From: an uncultured Oscillospiraceae bacterium
Lineage (GTDB): Bacteria > Bacillota > Clostridia > Christensenellales > CAG-314
Direction: 5' to 3'
Assembly: GCA_964598315.1 (NCBI GenBank)
Contig: CAZRBI010000002.1
Coordinates: 25,276 to 89,275 of the forward strand
DNA: 64,000 bases
Part shown: positions 1-9,129 of the stretch, piece after piece
How the letters are laid out: each line of letters begins with the position of its first letter
Numbering within the stretch: the first letter of the stretch is position 1
Translations under genes and position numbers: made by a program
The notes under the pieces: model-generated
Told to the model about the DNA's origin: nothing
The model's input: only the letters and a program-made list of their open reading frames with translations
Database searches by the model: none

Positions 1-84
1 GAACGACTCTCTTTCAAAGTCGTTATGCCCCGACGGCTCGCCGCGTTTTCCGTGATGAATGTTTTGTGTTTCGTGCCAACAAAC

Positions 85-124
85 GTTGCCTCTCTTTGCT
101 AGCAAGAGAGGCAACTGTTTTCCC
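85..124 (+). terminator. possible intrinsic terminator of an off-window upstream gene
   Basis: 12-bp stem GTTGCCTCTCTT/AAGAGAGGCAAC followed by TGTTTTCC. Confidence 0.35.
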
Positions 125-274
125 GCCACAATCGCCGCTACGGCCTTGTTGCGGTAGTTTGCGGAGCAATTTTGACACTTTGCAAGTAGGCCGCTTGCTT
201 TGCATTTACACGACTGCGCCATCGCATCTTGCTTTACGCATCATTTGTTCAATTCAATTTTAAGGAGAAATATT

Positions 275-3200
275 TTGAGTACAATCAACGACAACATCAT
301 CAGCATTAGCAGTGGTAACCAACAATTCTACCCCAACTATGCCGAAGCAAACACCGAAGACAATCCTTCCGTTAACCTGGCTCTGGGTAGCTTGTGCTAC
401 GCCTTTAAGGATCTTTCGACGGGCTACGGCAACTTTGAAATTTCTTTGTCACACGTTTTCAATTCCGGCATCAACTCGGCTTTCAACTCTCTTATTTGCG
501 GCGTTGGTACGGGTTGGAAATTGAACCTTCACCAAGCATTGGTTCAGCAAAACACCGACACTGTTTTGTACTTGGACGAGGCGGGCGAAACACACAAATT
601 CGTGCGCTTCGACGGCAACAGATTCTACGACAGCCAAAACGCTAAAACGGTGCTGTACTATTCCTCGACAGACAAATACATTTCCGACGGCGTGGGAAAC
701 AAGTGGTACTTTAACTCTAACGGTTTGCTGGAAAGAATGGTTTCTTGCTTTAACAACGCAATTGAAAAAGTTCTCACCTACGACCAAGACAACCGCTTGC
801 TGCAAATACACGACACGCGTTCGGACACGGGCAGCAACGTTCGCAACAAAATTGTGTTCACCTACGAAAACGGATTGTTACAAAAAGCAATATCCTACGT
901 CAACTTCACCACAAAACAATTCGAGTTGCACTACTCCTACGAAAACGGCCACCTGATGGGCGTGGACAAAGTTGGCGACCAAACAGAGCGCATTCTCAAT
1001 TTCGAGTACTTGTCCGACAAATTGAGTTCCGTGCGCAACCTTCAAGGCGGCACTTGCAAAATTTCCTACGATTCTTCCGGCAAAGTTTCTTGCGTTCGCA
1101 GCGGTATCACGTCGGGAGACACTTTCACCGAAAAATCTCTTAACAGCTACGTTTACAATTGCACGGACTCTGTATCCTACGAAACGCACGTCACCAACAA
1201 AAACGGCATAACGCTGGCCCACTTTTTGAACAGAAAAGGGCACCCCGTAAGCAAGTTTGAAAAGACAAGTTCCGGCCTTAAAACGTTGCAAAAACAAGGC
1301 AACAAGAAAACTGGTTTTTCCGGAACGACAACGCCCTCCATAAACGGAATCGGATCCGCCTCCGTAGGAAGCACCTGGACCGTTCCGATCCCGGAGAACT
1401 TCTCCGTTGCAAGAAACGTTTCCGAAGAAAGCCTACACACCTTCGAATATGCATTTTGGTTGAAACATTCATGCAACTGCGAAAGAATGTACGCCAAATT
1501 CAACTACAAGGTGAACGGAACAACCTACTCCGACAAAGTCTACGTGGACGGAAAAGCACAAAATGCATGGCAACGCGTGTCGTTGCCGTTGGAATTCCCG
1601 TTGGACGAAGACGACAAACCAATTTTGACTCTTTCTTCGCTTTCGGTGTCTTTTGAAACAACTTCAACGCTCGGCGACGTGTTTGTGAATGAAATTGGAT
1701 TTGCGCCCGCACCGAAAAACAGTTTTGAAATAGTATCGGACAACTCCACCTACGATTTCAGCGAATTTGACAGAGTGTTCGTCGACGTTTCGACGATGAT
1801 CACTGCAAACAACGGCACAACCGACACGTACATAACGGAAAACGACCTGATCGCCACCCAAACAAACTACTATGTCAATGCCGACGAAAACGGCAACGTA
1901 GAATCTTTCGACATGATCTACTGCAACGGAACCAAGCGCAAAAGCGTGCACTCCTTGCAGATTGGCAAAAACGGGTCGTGGTTGGTCACTTTGCCGGCCA
2001 CCTTGCAAACCAAAACATCAACAGGCGTGCCGGGAAGCAGCATCTACGGCATCTACTCGTTCGAGGACAGAATTCTCACAGTCACAACAAATGGAGTGTT
2101 GACCGCCAACGGACAAACAATTAGCAGCAGTTCCAAAGACAGAACTCACTTCAACGGCAACAAACACAGCACCACCGACGAATACGGCGTCACAACAAAC
2201 TACTACTACGACGACTTCGGCAACTTGACCTTGATGCAAACAAAAGACTGTTCCGACGTGGTTGTTTCTTCCAAGGCATTCTACTACGACGACCAAAACC
2301 GCCCCACTTACCAAGGCAACGACACTGCCGGCATCAACCTGGGTTACAACAGCACAGATATGCCTGCTTGGCAGGCAGAAACCTTGGGCGGTAGCTCTAC
2401 CGGTCACAGTTTTGAAAATGCCTACTCTGTCTACCCGGACAGACTTACCAACGTCAAAGAAAAAACCTCTTCCGGAACGGTTGCCCAAAACACCGTCACC
2501 TACCAAAACGGACTTGTGCGCACTGTTTCCGACGGAACGGTTAAGTACGGCATCATCGACGACGTTGCCAACGACAAAGTGACCTACACCGTGTTCGAAG
2601 GAACTTCCGACACGGCAACCGAGCGCAAAGTACAAGAAGACAGCGTTTCGGACTACTCGGAAAACGACGACGAAATAGTTGTTCAAACCCACACTCGCAA
2701 AATCTTCAATTCATCCGAAAACGTTGTTGCAACAACTGCTACCGACATCGACGTCTATGGCAGGGTGCAAACAACCTACCAAAGCGGTTCTACCGGCGGC
2801 AAAGTGCAATACGCCTACAACGATTGCTCCGAAAGTGCTTTTGCAAGCACACTTCACCAAAAATTCCTTCCTAACGGAGACTACACCGAATATTCCTACG
2901 ACGATGACGGCAACCTTACCGGTTGGGCAGAAAAGAAATCTCTGTTGAACGGCGGTGGTACTACTTTTGAAGTGAAACAGGTGGCGCACGACATGACAAA
3001 ATACACCTTTGGAAGCAACTCGTGGTACGTACGTCAAAGATTGGACGAGACGAAAACTCTGTCACCAAGACTTAAAGCTACAGAATTTTGCCGACTACCA
3101 TCAGATTATGAAGGTGCGGTTGCTTCTCGAAGAACTTATTCCTACGACGACATCGGAAACCTTACCTGCAAAAAAGAAAACAGCTTGCGTTCAGACACTT

Positions 3201-4963
3201 ATACTCACGAAAATATAGGAGGAGACTTTTTCCTTAAAACATCAACCACCCAATACACAAACAACATCAATTACGGCTACAAGGGAACCACCACCGCCAC
3301 ACGCAACCAAGACGGGTCTATTAAAAAACTAGTGAACAGCTGGACATCCGGCACTTACGTCGGAACGCCCGCCACCAGCGGATCTTCCACAAGAACCTTC
3401 ACCTACGACACGGCACACAGGCTGACACAGGAAACCAACTCGGCATTGGGAATTACCAAAACCTATAGCTACAAAACCGATGGTAGAATAGATAAGATTG
3501 TGGATAGTGCAAAAGGCACATTGCAATTCTACTACGACAACAAAGGTAGATTACAATCGGTCAACAACACAACTACCTATACCTACGACTTGTTTGGAAA
3601 CAGAACGAAAAAAGTTACTCTTGACAAAACGCACAATTATGCATATAATGCAAGCGGACAACTTAGAAGCGTAGACCTAGGAACAAGCAACGTCACCTAC
3701 AAGTACAATGCCGACGGTGCACGTTGCTCCAAAACAGTTGATGGTGTCACCACCGAATACTATCTTGACGGAGATAAGATTCTGGGTGAAAAAAACGATT
3801 CAACCACCACCTACTACATCTACGATGCTTTCGGCTTAGACAAGTTAATGTCCGGAAGCTACATATGCAAATACGTTAGAGATCAATTTGGCAATGTTAT
3901 TGCTCTTCTTAACAATGCCGGTTCTGTTGTTGCCAGTTACGAATACGATGTTTTCGGCAACTGCAAAGTTTTTGACGCCTACGGACAAGAAATAACTTCT
4001 AGTTCACACATAGGTAACATCAACCCCTACCGTTGGAAGTCTTTCTACTTCGACACAGAAACAGGATTATACTACGCCAACGGCAGCTACTACGATCCGG
4101 AAGTTGGACAATACCTGGATTCTGCGCCTATAGAAACAGTTACCGACAATGCGTTTTCCGTAGGCAATCTGGACAGAAATGCACCCGTTTGCGACAACAT
4201 TCTGGAACTGGAAGGAAATCCCTACACGCTGGAAACCACCAAAGAACTATCTGCCGACGGCACGTACAACCTGGACGACGACATACCGTGGTGGTACAAA
4301 GTTGAACACGCAGTGCAAGAAATTGCAAAAGCTTTCAACAAATTAAAGTGGTGGGTCAAACTACTGATAGGCGTTGGCTTTTTGGCCTTTGCAATATTTT
4401 TCACCGCTATCAGCCACGGGTCAATTGTACCGCTGTTTATTGAACTTGCAATCGGCATAGGCGTTACCGTTGCAGGATACCTTGTTTCTAGCCTAATAAA
4501 CGGCGAGTTCGACTGGGAAGATTTTGCCAACACAGTGGCAACTGCATTTCTGCTTACATCTGTAACGCTGTTTGTTTCTTCAGGTGTAAGCGCAATAAAG
4601 TATACTTTCCGAGATAAAACACTAGCGCCTTACGAACTTGATCCTCGCAGCATAAAACTCGCAAAAAAAGGCAACCCTTCGTATGAAACTTTCCGCAAAA
4701 GAGTTTGGCAAAATGAAGCCAAGTTTAGACCAGAAATATACGAAGAGAATGTATCAATAATGCTTAAAGGACAAGCTCCACTTGTAAATGGCAAGCCCAT
4801 GCATTTGCACCACATCTATGGAAAATCTCGAAACTTATACAAAGTGATAAAGGTTACTCCCAGTCAACATACAGCAATACACAAAGCTATAGGCTACCAT
4901 GTGACCAAACCCAAATTGAGATGGTCACTGAAAAATGCAATAATATTTGGAGGACTTGTATAA
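275..4963 (+). CDS. RHS/YD-repeat polymorphic toxin with a C-terminal TM module and an LHH-type HNH/EndoVII nuclease tip
   Basis: Many YD repeats (YYYDDFGNLT, YSYDDDGNLTG, YSYDDIGNLT, YTYDLFGNRT, YEYDVFGNC). RHS core end is NPYRWKSFYFDTETGLYYANGSYYDPEVGQYLDSAP. Three hydrophobic helices follow, then GKPMHLHHIYGKSRN...QHTAIH. The likely start is TTG at 275, 7 nt after AGGAG; the ATG at 200 has no RBS. Confidence 0.9.
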   Translation: MSTINDNIISISSGNQQFYPNYAEANTEDNPSVNLALGSLCYAFKDLSTGYGNFEISLSHVFNSGINSAFNSLICGVGTGWKLNLHQALVQQNTDTVLYLDEAGETHKFVRFDGNRFYDSQNAKTVLYYSSTDKYISDGVGNKWYFNSNGLLERMVSCFNNAIEKVLTYDQDNRLLQIHDTRSDTGSNVRNKIVFTYENGLLQKAISYVNFTTKQFELHYSYENGHLMGVDKVGDQTERILNFEYLSDKLSSVRNLQGGTCKISYDSSGKVSCVRSGITSGDTFTEKSLNSYVYNCTDSVSYETHVTNKNGITLAHFLNRKGHPVSKFEKTSSGLKTLQKQGNKKTGFSGTTTPSINGIGSASVGSTWTVPIPENFSVARNVSEESLHTFEYAFWLKHSCNCERMYAKFNYKVNGTTYSDKVYVDGKAQNAWQRVSLPLEFPLDEDDKPILTLSSLSVSFETTSTLGDVFVNEIGFAPAPKNSFEIVSDNSTYDFSEFDRVFVDVSTMITANNGTTDTYITENDLIATQTNYYVNADENGNVESFDMIYCNGTKRKSVHSLQIGKNGSWLVTLPATLQTKTSTGVPGSSIYGIYSFEDRILTVTTNGVLTANGQTISSSSKDRTHFNGNKHSTTDEYGVTTNYYYDDFGNLTLMQTKDCSDVVVSSKAFYYDDQNRPTYQGNDTAGINLGYNSTDMPAWQAETLGGSSTGHSFENAYSVYPDRLTNVKEKTSSGTVAQNTVTYQNGLVRTVSDGTVKYGIIDDVANDKVTYTVFEGTSDTATERKVQEDSVSDYSENDDEIVVQTHTRKIFNSSENVVATTATDIDVYGRVQTTYQSGSTGGKVQYAYNDCSESAFASTLHQKFLPNGDYTEYSYDDDGNLTGWAEKKSLLNGGGTTFEVKQVAHDMTKYTFGSNSWYVRQRLDETKTLSPRLKATEFCRLPSDYEGAVASRRTYSYDDIGNLTCKKENSLRSDTYTHENIGGDFFLKTSTTQYTNNINYGYKGTTTATRNQDGSIKKLVNSWTSGTYVGTPATSGSSTRTFTYDTAHRLTQETNSALGITKTYSYKTDGRIDKIVDSAKGTLQFYYDNKGRLQSVNNTTTYTYDLFGNRTKKVTLDKTHNYAYNASGQLRSVDLGTSNVTYKYNADGARCSKTVDGVTTEYYLDGDKILGEKNDSTTTYYIYDAFGLDKLMSGSYICKYVRDQFGNVIALLNNAGSVVASYEYDVFGNCKVFDAYGQEITSSSHIGNINPYRWKSFYFDTETGLYYANGSYYDPEVGQYLDSAPIETVTDNAFSVGNLDRNAPVCDNILELEGNPYTLETTKELSADGTYNLDDDIPWWYKVEHAVQEIAKAFNKLKWWVKLLIGVGFLAFAIFFTAISHGSIVPLFIELAIGIGVTVAGYLVSSLINGEFDWEDFANTVATAFLLTSVTLFVSSGVSAIKYTFRDKTLAPYELDPRSIKLAKKGNPSYETFRKRVWQNEAKFRPEIYEENVSIMLKGQAPLVNGKPMHLHHIYGKSRNLYKVIKVTPSQHTAIHKAIGYHVTKPKLRWSLKNAIIFGGLV

Positions 4964-5616
4964 TGTGCTTTTTCAGAAAAAAATATGAACCGCCAATAGA
5001 AAATGTTCAACCAATTCTCGACTATGTTGAAGGTAGAATGTCTGCGACTGAATTTCAAAGATTATTCAAAACTGATAGACAACTGCAATTGACCCTATTA
5101 ACAAAACTAGATGTAAAGTGGGGTTTCTTGCGAAACTATTGTTACAATTTGTATGATTTTCTTAATAAAGAATACTTTTTTCGAAAGGACAACTGGAATA
5201 GCGTGAGAATGAGAAGCGTACTTCAGGATGTACTTTCGGCTTTTTTGGATAATTTCAAAATAAGCTACACAAAGTATCCAAAATATGCAGAAGACTACTC
5301 TTTCTTGTTGGACATCCAACCTTCATGGATCGGCGTTGTTACGGACGACAAACTGCTGGAAGACGTGATGCATTCTATTCCTAAAAACTTGTCTAAAACC
5401 AAACGCATAGAAATGGGAAAAGCCAAGATAAAGGAATTGTTTAAGTACGACAAAACATATCCAAGATGGATTCAGGGCGCAGAATGGCCCATAGTCAACG
5501 GCAAGCCACTGGTGTTCAGCCACCGCGAACGCGTGAAAGGGGACGACTACCACTACTTATACCACTTCTACGACCCCGACACAAAAGAAGAAACAATTGT
5601 TGAACAATTCAGTTAA
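4963..5616 (+). CDS. putative cognate immunity protein for the LHH tip (imm1)
   Basis: Its ATG overlaps the toxin stop (TAATG). This is the expected position for an immunity gene. The C-terminal YPRWIQGAEWPIVNGKPLVF motif is reminiscent of DUF1963/YwqG-type proteins. Confidence 0.6.
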   Translation: MCFFRKKYEPPIENVQPILDYVEGRMSATEFQRLFKTDRQLQLTLLTKLDVKWGFLRNYCYNLYDFLNKEYFFRKDNWNSVRMRSVLQDVLSAFLDNFKISYTKYPKYAEDYSFLLDIQPSWIGVVTDDKLLEDVMHSIPKNLSKTKRIEMGKAKIKELFKYDKTYPRWIQGAEWPIVNGKPLVFSHRERVKGDDYHYLYHFYDPDTKEETIVEQFS

Positions 5617-5630
5617 CAAACAGTTTTTTC

Positions 5631-5664
5631 GGCAAGCAAGGAATTTTCCTTGCTTGCCTTTTTA
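5631..5664 (+). terminator. intrinsic terminator after imm1
   Basis: GGCAAGCAAGG-loop-CCTTGCTTGCC followed by TTTTT. It is duplicated at 9030-9064. Confidence 0.7.
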
Positions 5665-5739
5665 TGCAAAAAAAACATTGTTCTGCACCAAAAACTCAAC
5701 TACGTATGGGGTTTCCGTGAATAAACTTTCACCTACGAC

Positions 5740-7512
5740 TTGTTTGGAAACAGAACAAAAAAAGTTACTCTTGACAAAACCCACAATTACGCATATAATG
5801 CAAGCGGACAACTTGGGAGCGTAAACCTGGGAACAAGCAATGTCACCTACAAATACAATGCCGACGGTGCACGTTGCTCCAAAACAGTGGATGGTGTCAC
5901 CACCGAATACTATCTTGACGGAGATAAGATTCTTGGTGAAAAGCACGTTTCCGAAGACTACTCTCTTTATTTCATCTACGATGCTTTGGGCATCAGTAGC
6001 ATCGAATACGAGGGAATAGGCTACAAGCTTGTTAAAGACCAACAAAACAACGTTATTGCACTGCTTAACAATCTGGGAGATTTGGTTGCTCGCTACGAAT
6101 ACGATGCTTTCGGCAATTGCAAGATATTCAACAAGTACGGCGCAGACATAACCAATACTTCCGGCATTGCAAACATCAACCCCTACCGTTGGAAGTCTTT
6201 CTACTTCGACACAGAAACAGGACTATACTACGCCAACGGTAGCTACTATGATCCGGAAGTTGGACAATACCTGGATTCTGCGCCAATAGAAACGGTTGCT
6301 GACAATGCATTTTCCGTAGGCAATCTGGACAGAAATGCACCCGTTTGCGACAACATTCTGGAACTGGCTTGCAACCCACATACTTCCGAAACAACCCAAG
6401 AGCTGTCTGCCGACGGAACATACAATATCCTAGACGACCTTACGACACTGGGAAGGTTGGAGTACAAAATTAGGCAAGGCATTGAGAAATTTACTAGATT
6501 TCTCAATAAACTGCATTGGGGCATCAAATTACTGATCGGTGCCGGACTGCTAGTAGGGGCAATTTTATTAACTATCTTCAGCCAGGGCTCGCTTGCACCA
6601 CTGTTTATTGAACTTGCAATCGGCATAGGCATAACCGTTGTAGGATACCTTGTTTCTAGCCTAATAAATGGCGAGTTTGACTGGGAAGCTTTTGCCAACA
6701 CAGTGGCAAATGCATTTCTGCTGACTTCTGTAACGCTGTTTGTTTCGGCAGGTGTAAAAGCAATAAGGTATGCTGCAAGATGTACGCCTTATCCGGAACA
6801 AGCACTAACCCAATGTTCCGGGAACTGTTTTATTGCCGGAACACTTATTCTTTGTTTACATGGTTACAAAAAAATAGAGGACATTAAAATAGGAGATATC
6901 GTTCTGTCCTACAACGAAGAAACCGGAAAACGAGAATATAAACCTGTTGTTAGACTGTTCAGAAATGAAAGCAAAGACTGGGTAAAAGTTAAAATTGCAG
7001 ACGACGAGATTGAATCTACTTTGGGGCACAAGTATTATCTGCCGCTTGTAAAACAATGGGTCTCCGCATGCGACTTGCATAAAGGCGACTTTGTTCTTCT
7101 GAGCAATGGTGATACTGTCAAAATTCAATCCATAGAATTCGTTCATTACGACACATCTCAAACTACCTATAATTTTGAAGTTGCCGATTGTCACACGTAT
7201 TATGTTCAATGCGGTGTGTTGGTACATAATAAAAATTGTAAAAGAGCAGCGATGCGTGAAGCAAAACGAAGCGAGAATATTCCCATGTCCGCAAAACCAT
7301 CTTCAAAACGAATAGACACTATAGTTGGTGCAGATGGTAGAAATTATCAAACCACCGTTGAATTTTATGGACCGAAATTCATCCGAGATGACTTTGGAGG
7401 ACATAAATTTGCAGACGGCACTTCATTGTCCAGACACTATAATTCTGGCACTTGGAAGTACGTAGGGGATGCAAAAAAGTGCAATCGCAATGGGAAACAC
7501 TTTTGGTATTAA
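5740..7512 (+). CDS. orphan (start-less, promoter-less) RHS C-terminal cassette: YD repeats, core end, TM module, Hint domain, HNH/EndoVII-like toxin tip
   Basis: The frame opens at 5725 directly after a stop, with no RBS or ATG. The DNA is near-identical to the main gene at 3581-3790, 4018-4215 and 4400-4600. Hint domain is CFIAGT...VLVHN (6826-7230). The tip carries REAKRSENIPMSAKPS...IRDDFGGHKF...RHYN. Confidence 0.8.
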   Translation: MFGNRTKKVTLDKTHNYAYNASGQLGSVNLGTSNVTYKYNADGARCSKTVDGVTTEYYLDGDKILGEKHVSEDYSLYFIYDALGISSIEYEGIGYKLVKDQQNNVIALLNNLGDLVARYEYDAFGNCKIFNKYGADITNTSGIANINPYRWKSFYFDTETGLYYANGSYYDPEVGQYLDSAPIETVADNAFSVGNLDRNAPVCDNILELACNPHTSETTQELSADGTYNILDDLTTLGRLEYKIRQGIEKFTRFLNKLHWGIKLLIGAGLLVGAILLTIFSQGSLAPLFIELAIGIGITVVGYLVSSLINGEFDWEAFANTVANAFLLTSVTLFVSAGVKAIRYAARCTPYPEQALTQCSGNCFIAGTLILCLHGYKKIEDIKIGDIVLSYNEETGKREYKPVVRLFRNESKDWVKVKIADDEIESTLGHKYYLPLVKQWVSACDLHKGDFVLLSNGDTVKIQSIEFVHYDTSQTTYNFEVADCHTYYVQCGVLVHNKNCKRAAMREAKRSENIPMSAKPSSKRIDTIVGADGRNYQTTVEFYGPKFIRDDFGGHKFADGTSLSRHYNSGTWKYVGDAKKCNRNGKHFWY

Positions 7513-7522
7513 GGAAAACAAT

Positions 7523-8083
7523 ATGAAAGAAAAATATTTGAAACACCTATTTCCACTTGCAGTAAGCATTAACAACAACATGGAAGTGTGGGCGGATGAA
7601 ATTCCTAGTGGATTGTGCGACAGTTTTGATGCCAAGGTGTGCGAAAAACAACACAAGTCCGTTGTAGTGACGTCGTTTAACCACGGATGCTTTAACAGTA
7701 TAACAGACAAAAGAGGCATTTGGGGATTGACAAGACAACCACGAAATAACGTTTGCGATAGCTATGCAACGCAGCACGGAAAAACGTACATTGGAATTAT
7801 AGATAAATTTGATTATAAAGAAGACATTCAATGCATGTTTTTCTTGATAGATTTTTATTTTCCGCAAGATAAAAACGTATCTGCAGAAAAGATTATTTCG
7901 ATATTTAGAGACAACGAGTACGGTCTTCATAGCGACGATGAGCAAACAAAACAAACTTTGTTGGCCGTACTAAAAGAATATCCCGATGTAATTGCAATAA
8001 TGTGGAATGGGTCGAGCGTGACGGTTTGCGCCGATGACGTATCGGAATTTTCTTCAATTATTGATTCGGTAGCCAACAAGTAG
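7523..8083 (+). CDS. putative immunity protein for the orphan tip (imm2)
   Basis: ATG lies 8 nt after AAGGAAAA and 11 nt after the toxin stop. No recognisable family. Confidence 0.5.
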   Translation: MKEKYLKHLFPLAVSINNNMEVWADEIPSGLCDSFDAKVCEKQHKSVVVTSFNHGCFNSITDKRGIWGLTRQPRNNVCDSYATQHGKTYIGIIDKFDYKEDIQCMFFLIDFYFPQDKNVSAEKIISIFRDNEYGLHSDDEQTKQTLLAVLKEYPDVIAIMWNGSSVTVCADDVSEFSSIIDSVANK

Positions 8084-8347
8084 TTTTTCGACAAGCAAGC
8101 CAAGTATAATGCAAGAGCATACACAGATGAACAAATTAAGCGTATGATTACTGGTAGAGCACCTCTTGTGGATGGAAAACCCATGCATTTGCACCATATC
8201 TACGGGAAATCCAGAAACTTGTACAAGGTGATAAAAGTTACACCCAGTCAACATACAGCAATACACAAAGCTATAGGATACCATGTGACCAAACCTAAAT
8301 TGAGATGGTCACTTAGAAATGCAATAATATTTGGAGGACTTGCATAA
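8084..8347 (+). pseudogene. truncated second LHH nuclease tip (orphan remnant)
   Basis: The frame opens right after the imm2 stop. The last ~65 aa (APLVDGKPMHLHHIYGKSRNLYKVIKVTPSQHTAIHKAIGYHV...) are ~94% identical to the end of the main RHS. There are no RHS or TM parts upstream. Confidence 0.75.
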
Positions 8348-9015
8348 TGTGCTTTTTCAAAAAAAAGAAATATGTACCTGCACAAATTGACATTAAAAGA
8401 GACGAATGGCAACCAATAATAGACTACGTAGAAGGAAACATGTCTGTTGTTAAATTCCAGTACTTGTTTAAAACAAGCCAGTCGCTGCAAAATGTCTTGA
8501 GCCTACCCATGAACACGCAATACACATTTTTAAAGCCCCATGGGTACAATTACTACAATTTTTTTCAAAACGATTACACGTTTAAAGACAAAAGTTGGAA
8601 CAGAATTTCAACAAAGGCTAGTCTACAAGGCGAATTAATGCGTTTTCTGGACGAATACCATGTTAGTTATACCCCTTATGAAAAGTATAAAGAAGATGCT
8701 AGTTTTCTATTGGAAATCCAACCCTCGTGGGTTGACATTTTAGATGACAAACTACTGGAAGACGTGATGAATTCTATTCCTAAAAACCTATCCAAAACCA
8801 AACGCATAGAAATGGGTAAGGCAAGGATCAAAGAACTATTCCGTTACGACAATACATATCCAAGATGGGTACAAGAAGCCGAATGGCCGATTGTCAACGG
8901 CAAGCCACTGGTGTTCAGCCACCGCGAACACGTAAAAGGTGACGACTATCACTTCTTGTATCACTTCTACGACCCCGACACAAAAGAAGAAACAATTGTT
9001 GAACAATTCAGTTAA
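8347..9015 (+). CDS. immunity paralog (imm1-prime), mosaic with imm1
   Basis: Same TAATG overlap as imm1. The N-terminal ~135 aa are strongly diverged from imm1, while the C-terminal ~85 aa are ~90% identical. Confidence 0.6.
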   Translation: MCFFKKKKYVPAQIDIKRDEWQPIIDYVEGNMSVVKFQYLFKTSQSLQNVLSLPMNTQYTFLKPHGYNYYNFFQNDYTFKDKSWNRISTKASLQGELMRFLDEYHVSYTPYEKYKEDASFLLEIQPSWVDILDDKLLEDVMNSIPKNLSKTKRIEMGKARIKELFRYDNTYPRWVQEAEWPIVNGKPLVFSHREHVKGDDYHFLYHFYDPDTKEETIVEQFS

Positions 9016-9029
9016 CAAACAGTTTTTTG

Positions 9030-9064
9030 GGCAAGCAAGGGAAATTCCTTGCTTGCCTTTTTTA
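9030..9064 (+). terminator. intrinsic terminator (copy of 5631-5664)
   Basis: GGCAAGCAAGG-loop-CCTTGCTTGCC followed by TTTTTT. Confidence 0.7.
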
Positions 9065-9129
9065 TGCAAAAAACATTGTTCTACACCAAAAACTCAACTA
9101 CGTATGGGTGTTTCCGTGAATAAACCTAT

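Noticed and set aside
200-274. ATG at 200 as the start of the RHS gene
   Set aside because: No RBS precedes it and the encoded 25 aa look like junk. The TTG at 275 sits 7 nt after AGGAG.
5740-5742. TTG listed as the Met start of the orphan RHS ORF
   Set aside because: It corresponds to an internal Leu codon (YDLFGN) of the main gene. A stop lies 5 codons upstream with no RBS, so the cassette is treated as start-less.
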